This document shows positions 56,077 through 57,831 of a stretch of DNA of 57,831 nucleotides, piece after piece; the stretch's first letter is position 1; every line of letters begins with the position of its first letter. The notes below the pieces were generated by a model that saw only the letters and a list, made by a program, of their open reading frames with translations, had not been told where the DNA came from and made no database searches. The position numbers and the translations under genes are program-made. The DNA is taken from IMG/VR virus record IMGVR_UViG_3300006789_000027, positions 1 through 57,831 of that record. One strand, 5' to 3'. This stretch comes from a virus. Its lineage: Duplodnaviria > Caudoviricetes.

Positions 56077-56357
56077 TCAAGTTTTATAGCTGGACAGTAT
56101 AGAGATAAATCAATCTCTCTAAAGAATTCAAGAACTTCTCTTTCGGAATACTTAAATTTTTTAGTGTACTGTGAAACGATTGTAGACTTCTTTACAGGTT
56201 TTCTATTCTTCATAGCTTTTAATAAGTATTCCTGGAAGATAGATATAAAGTGAGCAGAGAACCTATGTCTCCATTTTTCTGTAAATCTTGAGCTTAGAGC
56301 ATAATCAACCTGCTCCAAAAACTCATGGATTTCTAACTCTGAATCGAATTCACTCAT
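56073..56357 (-). CDS. Hypothetical protein
   Basis: 94-aa ORF convergent with the nuclease. Confidence 0.55.
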   Translation of the reverse strand: MSEFDSELEIHEFLEQVDYALSSRFTEKWRHRFSAHFISIFQEYLLKAMKNRKPVKKSTIVSQYTKKFKYSEREVLEFFREIDLSLYCPAIKLD

Positions 56358-56485
56358 TTTTCTATATCTTTATAGTATTTTTTTTAGATTTTATCAGATC
56401 TATTTAATCTTTTTTCTGTGTTTCCGTTTTTTGATCTAGGATAAATCATATAAATATATTGCATTAAAGTAAACTTTTAACGATT

Positions 56486-56905
56486 ATGGCGAAAAATATT
56501 ACAGAATCTTTACCGGACGGAATGAAAGCTCGTCCTTTTATGAATCCACGTAAAGTGGAATCTGCTGCAGGTAATTTGTATACCTTCACTTACAACTCCA
56601 AGACGGCTAAAATCGGACAGCCTTTGATTATAAATGTACGTAGGAACAATAAGAGATTGTTCAGAGCTAAGAACAGAGATCAGTATATGGCAGGAATTGT
56701 ACTGAATAATTTATCACCTGCAATGACAGCTTTTTTAATAAAGAGACTAGGAACCAGAAAACTTATAACCTGGAGGGATATTAAAGCTCTTGGAATTTTA
56801 GCGCCTAAGGCTTACTACAGAATATACAATGTAAAATATCGTCGGGATTTTCATGTAGTTGATCCAAGTATATACTTGGAACGAGAACTAGAAGAATCTC
56901 GATAA
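56486..56905 (+). CDS. Possible T4 gp2-like DNA end protector
   Basis: GNLYTFTY..KT...PLI...GI.LN.L...YRIY pattern; TATAAATA at 56449. Confidence 0.5.
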   Translation: MAKNITESLPDGMKARPFMNPRKVESAAGNLYTFTYNSKTAKIGQPLIINVRRNNKRLFRAKNRDQYMAGIVLNNLSPAMTAFLIKRLGTRKLITWRDIKALGILAPKAYYRIYNVKYRRDFHVVDPSIYLERELEESR

Positions 56906-56913
56906 TTTAAACC

Positions 56914-57831
56914 ATGGCTGAAGGAAAGAAAGATCGCGAGTATTTAGGATTAGAAGCAGGAATGCGGGATCTCCGTTATTCCGTAGATAATCTTGTATTT
57001 AAGGCAGTCAAATCTGCGCTTCCTGAAAAGCTTGGAGCCGTGGCAGCCGTAGCCCATGCGCTCGAAGTATCTTTTAGAGCAGGAATGCAGGCACAGAATA
57101 AGTTGGCGTCAATGATGGCTGCTACTGGTAGGGGTTTAAATCAACATACTCAAGCTTTAAATATACAAGGTGTAACTTTTGAAAAAGCTGTAGCCGCTGC
57201 AGCGGATACATTTACCGCTGGACTTCGAACAAATGTAAAGTCTTCCGCTGTATTGATAGGTCAGTTAAAAGTTCTAGATCTCGATACTAAAGCGGCAGCG
57301 CAGTTCTTGGCTCACAATACTCAGCTACTAGGAGTAAATGCTAGGCAATCTCAAGCTACTTTAAAAGGTGCTGTTGAAACCGCAGCAGCCTATAGAATCT
57401 CAGGAGACGCGATGATCTCCGCTATGAGAGCCCTAAGAAAAACTCTTGAGTCTGCATCAGCAGCTTATGGACCAAAAGTTGCCACGGCTATAACCCAGGC
57501 AACTACTGAATTACAAGGAAGAGTAGGTCAGGGGTCACAAGGTGCGCTGGAATCTGTAATAAACCAATTAGCCGCAGGAACTGAAGAATCTAATAAACTT
57601 CTTCTCAGGCTTGGGGTTCCTCTGGAGATGTTTGCCTCCCAAGACCCTAAAGAAATAACAAGAGGTGTAGAAATGGCTATGCAGACAGTAAAATCTATTA
57701 CAGGGGGGGTAAGAGGAGGTGCAGCTGCAGGTATTATGAAAGACGCTATCGCTAAAGGTTGGGGTATAAACGATTCTTTCATTCTTCTGGCTGACAAGCT
57801 AGCAGATCCACTTCATAAACTTGATGAGAAA
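56914..57831 (+). CDS. Tape-measure-like protein, 3' truncated (not in ORF track)
   Basis: Ala/Gln/Gly-rich helical frame MAEGKKDREY..., open to the window end. Confidence 0.65.
   Translation, partial: MAEGKKDREYLGLEAGMRDLRYSVDNLVFKAVKSALPEKLGAVAAVAHALEVSFRAGMQAQNKLASMMAATGRGLNQHTQALNIQGVTFEKAVAAAADTFTAGLRTNVKSSAVLIGQLKVLDLDTKAAAQFLAHNTQLLGVNARQSQATLKGAVETAAAYRISGDAMISAMRALRKTLESASAAYGPKVATAITQATTELQGRVGQGSQGALESVINQLAAGTEESNKLLLRLGVPLEMFASQDPKEITRGVEMAMQTVKSITGGVRGGAAAGIMKDAIAKGWGINDSFILLADKLADPLHKLDEK

Overview
Segment of a large, AT-rich, T4-like (myovirus-type) dsDNA phage genome: terminase, portal, UvsW-like helicase, UvsX/RecA, primase, gp26/gp51-like hub genes and the start of a tape-measure-like gene. 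It has four parts. (1) 1-18 kb is a glycan-modification region: several glycosyltransferases, an apparent 2-aminoethylphosphonate pathway (PepM-like mutase, Ppd alpha/beta, AEP transaminase, two nucleotidyltransferases), Gmd/DegT and all four rml genes. (2) 18-22 kb holds late and auxiliary genes (protease, glutamine synthetase II). (3) About 22.3-39.0 kb is an early/host-takeover zone. By eye it lacks AGCT, GATC, GTAC, CCGG and GGCC except beside nine copies of a CTGCCA-N3-TGGCAG palindrome. It contains 13 minus-strand sigma70 promoters (10 placed to give leaderless mRNAs), an AAAAAGTCAAA motif family, iteron-like repeats, tRNA-Arg(UCU) and a candidate structured RNA. (4) 39-57.8 kb holds late morphogenesis and replication genes, including a candidate -1 frameshift and a repeat-delimited internal-protein polyprotein. 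All calls come from motif reading by eye; no database searches or computations were run.
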